Below the pieces are notes generated by a model. It was not told the origin of the DNA, did not search any database, and was given only the letters and a program-made list of their open reading frames with translations. Position numbers and translations under genes: made by a program. A DNA stretch of 64,000 nt from an uncultured Gammaproteobacteria bacterium (GTDB taxonomy: Bacteria > Patescibacteriota > Microgenomatia > Levybacterales > UBA12049), in NCBI GenBank assembly GCA_964424775.1, contig CAYRJZ010000001.1, forward strand, positions 140,748 to 204,747. Reading direction: 5' to 3'. Shown piece after piece: positions 38,485 through 47,687 of this stretch (the first letter of the stretch is position 1; each line of letters opens with the position of its first letter).

Positions 38485-39125
38485 ATATTAATTATTGGTA
38501 AGAGTTCTTTGAAATCAGATATGATGTGAGTTGGATGGTATTTCTGAAGCTTTTCAAGCGGATAGTATTTTTTATTTTGTTCAGGATAGAAAAGGATTGA
38601 GTCAATATGAGCATTTTGTGCAGCACCAAGATCACTCTTTGAATCTCCAATGATAACTGTTTCCTCAGGTGTAGCATGGAATGTGTTCATTGCTTTCAAA
38701 ATAATTTCAGGATCTGGTTTGTGATTTTTGACATCTTCTGATGTAAAGATATGATCAAAATAATTTCTCAATGGAAATAGTTCAAGTGCATAATTCATTG
38801 TTTCAGTATTTGATGTTGTAATGAGAGCTACCTTTTTTCCATTCTTTTGACATTTTTGTAATACCTCCTCAACTCCATCATATAGCTGAATTGTTGGATA
38901 ACTTTCTTTAATACGTTTCAGATATTTTTTGGTAAATCCATCCAAGTCCTTCACTCCTAATTTTTGTGGACCATCCCATGTCCCCAAAACTTTTTGGATT
39001 ATTTCCTGATCTTCAGGATTTAAGTTGTATTCTGCAAACGTCTTTTTATATGCAGATAAGATAACGTCAATTGTTTGAGCAAGTGTTCCATCCCAGTCAA
39101 AGAGGAGATACCTATACGATTTCAT
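38481..39125 (-). CDS. HAD-superfamily hydrolase
   Basis: Motif I LLFDWDGTL (DxDGT) near the N-terminus. Confidence 0.75.
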   Translation of the reverse strand: MKSYRYLLFDWDGTLAQTIDVILSAYKKTFAEYNLNPEDQEIIQKVLGTWDGPQKLGVKDLDGFTKKYLKRIKESYPTIQLYDGVEEVLQKCQKNGKKVALITTSNTETMNYALELFPLRNYFDHIFTSEDVKNHKPDPEIILKAMNTFHATPEETVIIGDSKSDLGAAQNAHIDSILFYPEQNKKYYPLEKLQKYHPTHIISDFKELLPIINI

Positions 39126-39157
39126 CAGGACAGTATACCATTAATAATGTTGTGGTG

Positions 39158-39607
39158 TTACTTTTTAAGGAAATGTCTCGTGAGAAAATAGAAAAGAATA
39201 ACAGTCACGACAGATGAAGCAAAGATGAGCTCATAATTTCGATAGATGGGAATACCTCCGATGTTTCTGACAAGTAAGTCCCTCATAAAGAAAAGTACTT
39301 CGGTGACAGCAAGAAAAATAGTTGCAATTTTTGCAACACCGGGAACATTTTTGATCGGTACTCTTTTTTTTACAATTGTTGCAGCTGCAATTATTGCCAC
39401 AATGTAGAGAAGTGTAGAGAATACTTCGTGATAAATCCGGAATGGTATTCCAGTCCCTATGATATATCGATAATACGGGAACTCATCTCCAAATCGTACA
39501 ACGAGTAGATTATACACAGCACTGAGGAGAGTGATAAAGATAAGTGTGAGGAAAAAATACAGCCCAGCTATTTTCCATTCTGGTATTTGAGTCTTTTTAC
39601 TTTTCAT
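39158..39607 (-). CDS. Membrane protein
   Basis: 149 aa with 4 TM helices. Confidence 0.45.
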   Translation of the reverse strand: MKSKKTQIPEWKIAGLYFFLTLIFITLLSAVYNLLVVRFGDEFPYYRYIIGTGIPFRIYHEVFSTLLYIVAIIAAATIVKKRVPIKNVPGVAKIATIFLAVTEVLFFMRDLLVRNIGGIPIYRNYELIFASSVVTVILFYFLTRHFLKK

Positions 39608-39678
39608 GAGCTTTATTTATTATCCAGAATCACTCTGCAATATGCAAGTTGATGTCATTTCTGTATAATCACTTCATT

Positions 39679-40323
39679 ATGTGTGCTGCTGTTGGTATTT
39701 ATGGTGAACGGGCTGCTGATTACTGGCAGAGAAAATATGAACTGAATAAGTTCCCGGAACACGACTGGAAGAGTTATAATATCCGCCCTTCTCAAGAGAC
39801 AAATATCATTGTTCGTAACTCTCCGACAAAAATGGTCAGACTTCAATTTGGTATAAAAGCTCCCTGGAATGACAAACAATTACTCATCAACGCACAGTCA
39901 GAAACAGTTGCTGAGAAAAGATCATTTGTAAAGATGTTTCGGGAGGGAAGAGGCATTCTTCCTGCAGATGTCTTTTATGAATGGAAGAAACTACATGATG
40001 GCAAACAGCCATATGCTTTTGCATTAAAAAATGAGGAGACTATGAGTATTGCTGTTATCCATAATGACGAGGGATTTGTTATCCTGACTACTTCACCCAA
40101 TCACCTCATGGAGGATGTTCATAATAGAATGCCATGTCTTATTAAAGACAAAGATATTGATGACTGGCTCAATCCCGATACAGAGGATGAGCAACTACTT
40201 AAAATGCTTTCTCCCTATCCAGATAGTGAGATGAAGAAATGGCCTATCAGTTCTCTTGTGAACAAACCACAAAATAACTTCCCCGAAGTCTTGAAAGAGG
40301 TAAAGGCAGAATCATTCTTTTAA
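39679..40323 (+). CDS. SOS-response-associated peptidase (SRAP / YedK, abasic-site processing)
   Basis: Starts with MC (catalytic Cys2). SYNIRPSQ, NAQSETVAEK and ILPADVFYEW match SRAP conserved blocks. The start was moved to the ATG at 39679. Confidence 0.8.
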   Translation: MCAAVGIYGERAADYWQRKYELNKFPEHDWKSYNIRPSQETNIIVRNSPTKMVRLQFGIKAPWNDKQLLINAQSETVAEKRSFVKMFREGRGILPADVFYEWKKLHDGKQPYAFALKNEETMSIAVIHNDEGFVILTTSPNHLMEDVHNRMPCLIKDKDIDDWLNPDTEDEQLLKMLSPYPDSEMKKWPISSLVNKPQNNFPEVLKEVKAESFF

Positions 40324-40424
40324 TTTTTATATAAATTATTTCCATTCAATAATATCTAATATGATTTTCTGCTGGCACTGGTTGACTATGTAGGAACTTT
40401 TTATGCGAGTAACTATCACTATCT

Positions 40425-41879
40425 CTAGGCCTTATATCTAAAATTAATATATTCTCGTGATTTTAAATTGTTATTAAATGATCCATCGTCTGTAAGAGTG
40501 GGTGTCCCAGTATATCTTTTTATTTTTCTCCCGTTTCGTTCGTATTCTAATTCAGTCATAAACTCCCACCCTGATTCTCCCGTTCTCCACACTTGGTCTT
40601 CAATAATTTGAATATTTGTATTGCCAGACTCATCAAGTCTTCTACGAGCCACATTAATCGCTCTTTTTTTGGTAGCAAATGGGTGATCTTGAAGATACTG
40701 GTTAACAAGAGGACGAACACAGTTTGCACAGATACATTCAGTCCTATCTGCTACAGGTACTTGAAAGCGCATGATTCCAGCACCTATGTTATATCCAAAA
40801 AAACTTCTCACTTCCTCTAACTCTTCTGCCAATTCATCATCAGGAAACGGAAATTTCCAGTTTGGCTGTTCACAATTATCACAGGTGGGTTTTTCAAGTT
40901 TCACTTCTACATTGCCATCATAAGATGTGCCGGTCAGTGTGTCTTCCACTACTGAAATTGAAACAGGGAAATTAGCCTCTTCAGTGGAAACTCTTTCTCT
41001 TTTTAACTGAACTGAGGTGAGTTTCTCTAGGTCTTTCATTGTTTGGATATCAACTTCATCTGGGATTGGTATCTCTAGAGTTAAAGTGTCCTTATCCCAT
41101 TCTCCTTTTTCACGGTCGTATCTACTAACAGGATCCCAAATTACGAGTCTACGAGGAACCATATCATGAGCAGGCTGTAATACAACCCATGCGCTCTCTA
41201 TTTTTCTATCTTCACTACCAAGTCTTATATTTCCAGGCACAAAGTTCATGCTTGTTCTCGATCTACCAATAGGAAAATCTGCCAAAGTATCTGCTTCAAT
41301 TGGAGGCTCTGGTTCCCTCTCTGGCCTGTCTCCATATAACTCTTGCTCCATTGAGCTAAATAACAATGACCTTCCATGTACACCTTCAATTCTTGCTAAC
41401 TCTTCTCTTGTTTCTTCATTTTCTAGTAAATCACGGTAAGATTTACCCTCCATAACTGCAGATAACGCAAGATCATAGGCTTCATTAACAGTGAATACAT
41501 CTTCTTCAAAACCTGCGGGAGTAGGCGTAATATTCATTCCAATATATACATGATCATCATCTAGAAAGGTGCGGAATTTAGGGTGATCATTCCAAAAAGC
41601 TGTAAAATCTACAAAAGTTCCAGTTTGTGGGTTATTTAATGCAGAAAGAGCAAGGATTCCTTCAATATCATTTCTGTGAGTACGAATACGATAATGTGAT
41701 CCATCTGAAGCGACCTGTATACTTGCTGGAACTGTTTCCCCATGCTGATAAGGATTTCCAACCCCAACAAATTCATCATGTACAAGCCATTCGCCCGATT
41801 GATCTTTTTCAAAGCCAAGTGTTACTTGTAATTCCACAGGAAGTGAACTTAAAAATCGTCTATCCTCACGCTCAACCAT
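40425..41879 (-). CDS. Large hypothetical protein (484 aa) with a C-terminal Cys4 cluster
   Basis: Acidic, with no TM helix and no signal peptide. It carries C-x2-C...C-x-C-x2-C (CDNCEQP...CICANC) near the C-terminus. No recognisable family. Confidence 0.5.
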   Translation of the reverse strand: MVEREDRRFLSSLPVELQVTLGFEKDQSGEWLVHDEFVGVGNPYQHGETVPASIQVASDGSHYRIRTHRNDIEGILALSALNNPQTGTFVDFTAFWNDHPKFRTFLDDDHVYIGMNITPTPAGFEEDVFTVNEAYDLALSAVMEGKSYRDLLENEETREELARIEGVHGRSLLFSSMEQELYGDRPEREPEPPIEADTLADFPIGRSRTSMNFVPGNIRLGSEDRKIESAWVVLQPAHDMVPRRLVIWDPVSRYDREKGEWDKDTLTLEIPIPDEVDIQTMKDLEKLTSVQLKRERVSTEEANFPVSISVVEDTLTGTSYDGNVEVKLEKPTCDNCEQPNWKFPFPDDELAEELEEVRSFFGYNIGAGIMRFQVPVADRTECICANCVRPLVNQYLQDHPFATKKRAINVARRRLDESGNTNIQIIEDQVWRTGESGWEFMTELEYERNGRKIKRYTGTPTLTDDGSFNNNLKSREYINFRYKA

Positions 41880-41946
41880 ATGCGGAGAATTATACTAAAT
41901 AGGACGTAGTAATGATATAGTTTGAAGTAGTCATATTAAAACATAT

Positions 41947-41975
41947 AAAAAAAAGAGAAATTTTAATCTCTGAGG
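41947..41975 (-). terminator. Weak hairpin plus T-run downstream of the Pro/Thr-rich gene on the minus strand
   Basis: AGAGA-aattttaa-TCTCT hairpin at 41954-41971, followed on the minus strand by an 8-T run. The stem is short and AT-rich. Confidence 0.25.
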
Positions 41976-42081
41976 CTAATAGTTCGAATCCAGACATGGT
42001 TAAGCACTTTTTTGCGTGTTTTTGGAAGAAATTTGAAGCTAATTTATAGCTAAAACCTGGGCTGGGGATTGTGGATTCGAA

Positions 42082-42510
42082 CTAAAGTGTTGGGGTGGGA
42101 GTTTCAGTTGCAGTTGGTGTCGGTGTATTTGTTGGTCCACTCGTTGGAGTGGGTGTTGGAGTGTGAGTTGCAGTTGGCTGAGGTGTACTTGTCGGAGTTG
42201 GAGTATTTGTTGGTAGAACTTTTGTTGGCGTAGGTGTAGCAATTTTAACAGGTGCTTTTGTCACTCTTCGTGTAGGAGTTGGTTCTTCATCTTCTTCCTC
42301 ATCTTCAACTTCCGGAATGTCAGTTGGAGTGGGAGTTGGTGTGAGTTCTTCATTCTTCTCCTCATTTGCATTTGTCCCGCCAATTTGAGGCATGGAAACA
42401 AATCCAAGTGCAAAAAGGAAATATATAACTGATCCTATGAGAAAAATAGAGACGCCAATCACGGGAAGGTTTTGGCGATCTTTAAAAAATGTGATGAGTC
42501 TTCCGAACAT
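42082..42510 (-). CDS. Membrane-anchored Pro/Thr-rich low-complexity protein
   Basis: N-terminal TM or signal segment, then TPTPTPT repeats and an acidic stretch. Confidence 0.5.
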   Translation of the reverse strand: MFGRLITFFKDRQNLPVIGVSIFLIGSVIYFLFALGFVSMPQIGGTNANEEKNEELTPTPTPTDIPEVEDEEEDEEPTPTRRVTKAPVKIATPTPTKVLPTNTPTPTSTPQPTATHTPTPTPTSGPTNTPTPTATETPTPTL

Positions 42511-42528
42511 AAAGGTCTATTTAGAATA

Positions 42529-42882
42529 TCATTTCTCAATATAGTCTGTATACTTGTTGTGTCGGCCCTTCGCTTTTGATACAGGATATTTTTTGGCATT
42601 TTGTTTCATCTTCTTATTAAACGCTTTTTCAAGATCTATTTCAAAATCATTACTCATGAGAAGTATCCAATAAAGAGTATCTGCTAATTCTTCACCAATT
42701 TCTTCTTTATTTTTTTTAATATGTTCCTGCATCTCCTCAGTATTTTTCCACTGGAAGTGCTCGAGAACCTCGAGTGCTTCAAGTGAGAGAGAAATTGCTG
42801 CGTCCTTAGGATTGTGGAATTGCTTCCAATTCCTCGCATCTCTAAATCTTATAACTTTTTCTTGAAGTTCCTTTAGTGTCAT
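42529..42882 (-). CDS. MazG-like nucleotide pyrophosphohydrolase
   Basis: All-alpha protein of 117 aa with EALEVLEHF and EELADTLYWIL motifs typical of MazG-like NTP-PPases. Confidence 0.65.
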   Translation of the reverse strand: MTLKELQEKVIRFRDARNWKQFHNPKDAAISLSLEALEVLEHFQWKNTEEMQEHIKKNKEEIGEELADTLYWILLMSNDFEIDLEKAFNKKMKQNAKKYPVSKAKGRHNKYTDYIEK

Positions 42883-42891
42883 AGATATATT

Positions 42892-43674
42892 CTATTCTTT
42901 AAATTGGGTAAAAGGATCAACTGACTTTAGTGTTATTCTCGCGTTAGCCAAACTCATAATATCACGTCTTTCAGGAAGTTCTCGCTCAGCGTGTGTAACA
43001 TACTCATCAAAGACATAGGATATTGATGGTTTGGGGTAAGGTATATCAGCAAAAGCGATTGGCTTGTAGTACAATTTTCCCTGAAGCCCAGAAGTTCGTA
43101 GATTCTTTGCATGTACTCCTAATACCTGTACTCGATCCATTTCTTCTCGTCTATATACATCAACATTTGAAATATTACCTTCACATGTTTCTTTCCCACT
43201 TATTGAAATAAGAGACAATTTCTTAGGACCGATTTCAACTTTAACCTTCATCCCATCGTTAGCATTTGGAGAATTGGTAATATCAACTGTTGGATACATC
43301 CCTGAAATATACACGAGTGCGTTTTGCCGATCTATATCTGAAAGATGGTTGAGCCAGTCAAAATCAATATCCAGTTGTGGGAAAATAGTAAATGAATATA
43401 ATCCTGTTTCTTGATTGAGTGTTAAAGAGTACCCTCCATTTACAAAAACGAAAGGGTTATCTGGCTCACTCTTGTTTTCAAAAGCATGTGTTTTGCCTAA
43501 ATTATGTAATGATAGTGTGCTTTCTGTTGCTATAGGTGTATCTTTCGAGTAAAGAAGAATGGTCCCATCCGGTTGGAGTGGAGCTTGAGGTTCAATCAAT
43601 TTCCGGCTGCGTGGGTGAAGAGTATCATCTGAAATCTCATAGACGTTAGTGCGGGTTTCTTTCATGCTTGCCAT
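42892..43674 (-). CDS. Hypothetical protein, 260 aa
   Basis: ORF only. Confidence 0.4.
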   Translation of the reverse strand: MASMKETRTNVYEISDDTLHPRSRKLIEPQAPLQPDGTILLYSKDTPIATESTLSLHNLGKTHAFENKSEPDNPFVFVNGGYSLTLNQETGLYSFTIFPQLDIDFDWLNHLSDIDRQNALVYISGMYPTVDITNSPNANDGMKVKVEIGPKKLSLISISGKETCEGNISNVDVYRREEMDRVQVLGVHAKNLRTSGLQGKLYYKPIAFADIPYPKPSISYVFDEYVTHAERELPERRDIMSLANARITLKSVDPFTQFKE

Positions 43675-43724
43675 AGAACTGGATTGTAGAGTCTGAGTTA
43701 TTTGAAGTCAAGAGATTAGGCTAA

Positions 43725-44603
43725 CTATTCAACCTTTTTGAAGAACGAGAGAAAATCCTCTTTCGCAGTTGATGGACTATCTTTTTGAACAACTTCTTGT
43801 ATAAATCGAGCGAGAGGAAGAGGGCATTGGTACTTTTCTTCAAAAAACTCAACTGAAAAAAGTGAGTTATATCCCTCAACGGTACTGTTGATAGTCTCGA
43901 GACTTTTCTCAACACTCATATGAGAAATCAATTTACCAAATCGAAAATTGCGGCTTTCTTCACTACTACATGAGAGCATCATATCACCAAGTGTTCCAAA
44001 GATGGCATCATCAGGAAGAGAAATATTCATAGCGCGGGATAGTCGTGTCACTTCTTCAATTGCGAGCATAGTCAGAGAAATCCGAGTATTTACTTTATAT
44101 CCCACCCCCGTTGCAAGCCCTGCGCCAATTGCATAGATATTTTTAAATGCTCCAAATAGCTCCATCGCTTCAACACCGCGCGCAAGCCGTACATGAAAAA
44201 AATCAGTTTGGAAAAGCTTTTTTATTTCTTCTTTCGATACGGAATTTTCTGAATAACCTAAGTTAATACTTGTCGGCATTTTTTGGATAATTTCTGATGC
44301 AAAACTAGGCCCCATGAGTGAGTAGTATTCTCCATCTGGGTATATTTCTTCAAGAATATCGTAGGGAAGTCTATGACTGGCGTGTTCAATCCCTTTTGAA
44401 GTGTTGACGATTATTTTCTTGTCAGTAAAAGAGATAAAGGGAAGGGCCTTCGTTATAGCTTCAGTCGGGATAGCAAGAACAAGTACGTTAACGTCCTCAC
44501 ATGTCTCTTCTCTTCCGACAAGGGTAACATCTGGAGTGTTCTCACGGATAACTGATTCAAGTGCTATTCCAAAAGCTCCACGACCAAGAATTGCTACTTT
44601 CAT
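43725..44603 (-). CDS. gpsA: NAD(P)H-dependent glycerol-3-phosphate dehydrogenase
   Basis: N-terminal Rossmann MKVAILGRGAFGIA and a GpsA C-terminal domain. The start is taken at MKVAILG. Confidence 0.7.
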   Translation of the reverse strand: MKVAILGRGAFGIALESVIRENTPDVTLVGREETCEDVNVLVLAIPTEAITKALPFISFTDKKIIVNTSKGIEHASHRLPYDILEEIYPDGEYYSLMGPSFASEIIQKMPTSINLGYSENSVSKEEIKKLFQTDFFHVRLARGVEAMELFGAFKNIYAIGAGLATGVGYKVNTRISLTMLAIEEVTRLSRAMNISLPDDAIFGTLGDMMLSCSSEESRNFRFGKLISHMSVEKSLETINSTVEGYNSLFSVEFFEEKYQCPLPLARFIQEVVQKDSPSTAKEDFLSFFKKVE

Positions 44604-44619
44604 ACCATTAAGTATTTCA

Positions 44620-45000
44620 CTAACGATGGAGTCTGCGCAAGTCACGTTCAGTAAGACCAAAGTAATGCCCGATTTCATGCTCAACTGTTGAACGGATTTG
44701 CTCTCTTATGCGCTCAGCATGACGATGATAGCGAACAATTGGCTTTTTGAAAATAAATATTTGATCAGGCATCTGAAGAATAGCACCTGCTCTTTTTGGA
44801 AGAGGTACTCCCTGGTAAAGGCCAAAGAGTTCCTGATAGGGACGGACTCGTCCAAGACGCCGGTGTTCTATGCTGGGTTCGTCTTCAACAATAATTGCGA
44901 TATTTTTCAGTTCTAGTCGGAATTCCTTGGGCAGTGATGCAACTGCCTGATCAACTAAACGTTGAAACTCTTCATCAGAAATAAGTACTTCTTCCTCCAT
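44620..45000 (-). CDS. Small HExxH metallopeptidase-like protein (DUF1025-like)
   Basis: C-terminal HEIGHYFGL zincin motif. Confidence 0.45.
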   Translation of the reverse strand: MEEEVLISDEEFQRLVDQAVASLPKEFRLELKNIAIIVEDEPSIEHRRLGRVRPYQELFGLYQGVPLPKRAGAILQMPDQIFIFKKPIVRYHRHAERIREQIRSTVEHEIGHYFGLTERDLRRLHR

Positions 45001-45050
45001 ATATAATAGTAGTCAAGAGAATACATGAGAAGTGAAGTGCGGGCAAGTAC

Positions 45051-45728
45051 TTACTTTTTTTGAAGGAGAGAGGACAGAAGTGAGAAAGTAATAATGATAA
45101 TAATATCCAGAACAAGTGGGATAGTGAGATAAACAACTCCTTGGTAGAAGGTATTGATAACTTGATCAGTTAAGAGTCCTGAGATATCAGAGAGTGAAAA
45201 TCGAATTCCCAAAAAATAAAAGATTAGGGAAAGAACAATAAGGAGAATAATAAAACTAAGAGCACCTTCCAAATCTTTCGAACTTGAAAACATAGTATTT
45301 CCAATTTGAAAAAGAATATAAACGCATAGAAGTGAGTACCAGATATTGGTCCAGAGTTGATACGATTCAGCAATAAAAAGTGTTGTAAAAATAATGGCCG
45401 TTCCAACAAGAAATGGTGCAACCCCTATGAGAAGACGACGAAGTGGGTCTGCCTTTCCGATCATGACACTTCCTAGTCTGACTCCATCTCCTTCCATTTT
45501 TGGAAGAAGATTCATTTCTCCCGTGGGAACAAAAAGAAGGTGTGCCATAAGGAAATGGGAAACTTCATGAATGACCGTTCCTGGGAAAAAGAGAAATGCC
45601 ATCAGATGGACTGTCCTTTTGATATTTTTGGTGAGGAGAAAGAAAAAAAGGGAAACTTTTTTATGTACTTGACGGGAAAAAAGAAAAAGAATGAGTAGTT
45701 GAAGAAAGAACAGTATAACAATTATCAT
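45051..45728 (-). CDS. Membrane protein with an HExxH motif (putative membrane zincin)
   Basis: GTVIHEVSHFLMAHL lies between TM helices. Confidence 0.45.
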   Translation of the reverse strand: MIIVILFFLQLLILFLFSRQVHKKVSLFFFLLTKNIKRTVHLMAFLFFPGTVIHEVSHFLMAHLLFVPTGEMNLLPKMEGDGVRLGSVMIGKADPLRRLLIGVAPFLVGTAIIFTTLFIAESYQLWTNIWYSLLCVYILFQIGNTMFSSSKDLEGALSFIILLIVLSLIFYFLGIRFSLSDISGLLTDQVINTFYQGVVYLTIPLVLDIIIIITFSLLSSLLQKK

Positions 45729-46240
45729 TGTGCTAAGTCTATCTGAGGAGCCTGATTTTGAGACGATGAATTGATAGAAAGAAGCTCTATATCAAATATA
45801 AGTGTAGCGTTTGGGGGAATGGCTCCCTGTCCACTTTCTCCATAAGCAAGATCTGAAGGAATAGTCAGGCGTCTTTTTTCACCAATTTTCATTCCGACAA
45901 TTCCTTCCTCCCATCCGGGGATGACACTTCCTTGTCCTATAGTAAAGGTATACGGCTCATTTCGATCTAAGGAGCTTTCAAATATTGTCCCATTCTCAAG
46001 TGTTCCTGTATAGTGAACTGTTACCGAGTCACCATTTTTTGCTTCCTGTCCGGACCCCTCTTGTGTTATCTCTGTTGCAACTCTACCTGAAGGTGATGCA
46101 TTTGGCGTATTCTCAGCTGTTGAATCTTGAAGAAGTGGCTGTTCGTTACGAGGGAAATTAATTGCTGCAACGGCTGCTATATAAATGAAAATAAAAATTC
46201 CGATTATAAGAAAAAGTCTTTTCACCATGATATTGTACAT
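45725..46240 (-). CDS. FKBP-type peptidyl-prolyl cis-trans isomerase, membrane-anchored
   Basis: VTVHYTGTLENGTIFESS...GWEEGIVGMKIGEKRRLTIP...ATLIFDIELL. Confidence 0.8.
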   Translation of the reverse strand: MYNIMVKRLFLIIGIFIFIYIAAVAAINFPRNEQPLLQDSTAENTPNASPSGRVATEITQEGSGQEAKNGDSVTVHYTGTLENGTIFESSLDRNEPYTFTIGQGSVIPGWEEGIVGMKIGEKRRLTIPSDLAYGESGQGAIPPNATLIFDIELLSINSSSQNQAPQIDLAQ

Positions 46241-46287
46241 TATTCAGGCTCAGTTGCAAAGCATATGGTATGATATGAGGCATCTAT

Positions 46288-47154
46288 ATGAATATTTTTT
46301 CAACAAAAGGATGGGAGGAGTACGCTCTCTTAGACAGCGGTGACGGACAGCGTCTTGAAGTTTTTGGTAAGTATCGACTTATTCGTCCAGACCCACAAGC
46401 AATTTGGAAAAAGAAGTTAGGAGTCGATGAGTGGCAGAAAGCTGATGCTGTCTTTCTCAAAAAGGACGGGAAAGAACTCTGGTCCACTCGATCATCATTT
46501 CCATCAACATGGGATGTGTCGTATAAAAATCTTACCCTTAAAGCGAAGTTATCTCCCTTCAAACACACAGGAATTTTTCCAGAACAGCATCTTAACTGGG
46601 ACTTTATTAGCGAATTGATAACAAAGAGTGAACAGAGTGTAAATGTACTCAATTTATTTGCTTATACCGGAATTGCCAGTCTTATTGCAGCACAATCTGG
46701 TGCACAGGTAACACACGTTGACGCCTCCCGCCCGACAATTGGTTGGGCTCGTGAGAATCAGGCAGCATCAGGACTGAGTGACAAGCCAATTCGATGGATC
46801 TTGGATGATGCTTTAAAATTTGTAACACGCGAAATAAAAAGAGGAAATAAGTTTCACGGAATTATTATGGACCCTCCAGTCTATGGACATGGGCCTGAGG
46901 GAGAAAGATGGGATTTCTCTGAACATTTTCCACATCTTGTTGATCTGTGTACACAGATACTTTCTGAAAAGCCGCTCTTTTTTATTGTGAATGCGTATGC
47001 AATCTCATCTTCAGCTTTGATGCTTGAGAACGTGATGAGAGATTTTTCGGTGTTCAATACCGGAAACCTGGAGATAGGGGAGTTGGCAATCCAAGAAAAA
47101 AGTACTGAGAGATTTCTCTCAACTGGGATGATAGCCCGCTGGAAAGCAGAATAA
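46288..47154 (+). CDS. Class I SAM-dependent methyltransferase (RlmI/RlmK-like rRNA m5C methyltransferase catalytic domain)
   Basis: SAM-binding LFAYTGIASL and catalytic IIMDPPVY (DPP motif). Confidence 0.6.
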   Translation: MNIFSTKGWEEYALLDSGDGQRLEVFGKYRLIRPDPQAIWKKKLGVDEWQKADAVFLKKDGKELWSTRSSFPSTWDVSYKNLTLKAKLSPFKHTGIFPEQHLNWDFISELITKSEQSVNVLNLFAYTGIASLIAAQSGAQVTHVDASRPTIGWARENQAASGLSDKPIRWILDDALKFVTREIKRGNKFHGIIMDPPVYGHGPEGERWDFSEHFPHLVDLCTQILSEKPLFFIVNAYAISSSALMLENVMRDFSVFNTGNLEIGELAIQEKSTERFLSTGMIARWKAE

Positions 47155-47685
47155 TTACTGGAAAATTCCACCCATGACAAGAGCAGCAAGTGTAGCATTT
47201 GCTGGCCACTGACCTTTTTTCACTTCTTCTTTCAACTGAGTTTGGGGTATCACTCTTACTTTAATACTCTCTGTCACTTCGTGTTGTGTAGTATTTGTTC
47301 GCTCAACATTCCTCGCTCGTAAAAAGATAACTTTATGACTGTCTTTTGTCGGATAGTCATAAAATTCCCCCAGGACTTCCCATTCTCCGCCTGTGTACCC
47401 TGTTTCCTCGAGAAGTTCTCGTTGTGCAGAAGGAAGTGGATCTTCTCCTACTTCCATGTGTCCCGCAGGAAGTGTGTAAATTATTTTATTAATGGCGTAT
47501 TTATACTCTTCAATTGCTATTATGTTCCCGTCTTTATCTGTTGCAACGGTCATGGTAAAACTTGGTTTTTCAATGATTGAAAAATCATCAATTGTTGTTC
47601 CATTTGGGAGCATAACAGTATCTTCATAGACCTTGAGGAATTTGGTGTCGTAGACTGTTTTGCGATCAATTCTTTTCCAAGACAT
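47155..47685 (-). CDS. NUDIX hydrolase (ADP-ribose pyrophosphatase-like)
   Basis: Nudix box GHMEVGEDPLPSAQRELLEETGY. Confidence 0.7.
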   Translation of the reverse strand: MSWKRIDRKTVYDTKFLKVYEDTVMLPNGTTIDDFSIIEKPSFTMTVATDKDGNIIAIEEYKYAINKIIYTLPAGHMEVGEDPLPSAQRELLEETGYTGGEWEVLGEFYDYPTKDSHKVIFLRARNVERTNTTQHEVTESIKVRVIPQTQLKEEVKKGQWPANATLAALVMGGIFQ

Positions 47686-47687
47686 AA

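Noticed and set aside
41973-42090. Possible tRNA genes suggested by two GTTCGAATCC T-loop-like motifs
   Set aside because: On neither strand do the flanking sequences form a T stem or acceptor stem. They were recorded instead as an inverted repeat.
46284-46652. 122-aa minus-strand ORF
   Set aside because: It is antisense to the SAM-dependent methyltransferase gene, which has clear motifs. It has no RBS or motif support.
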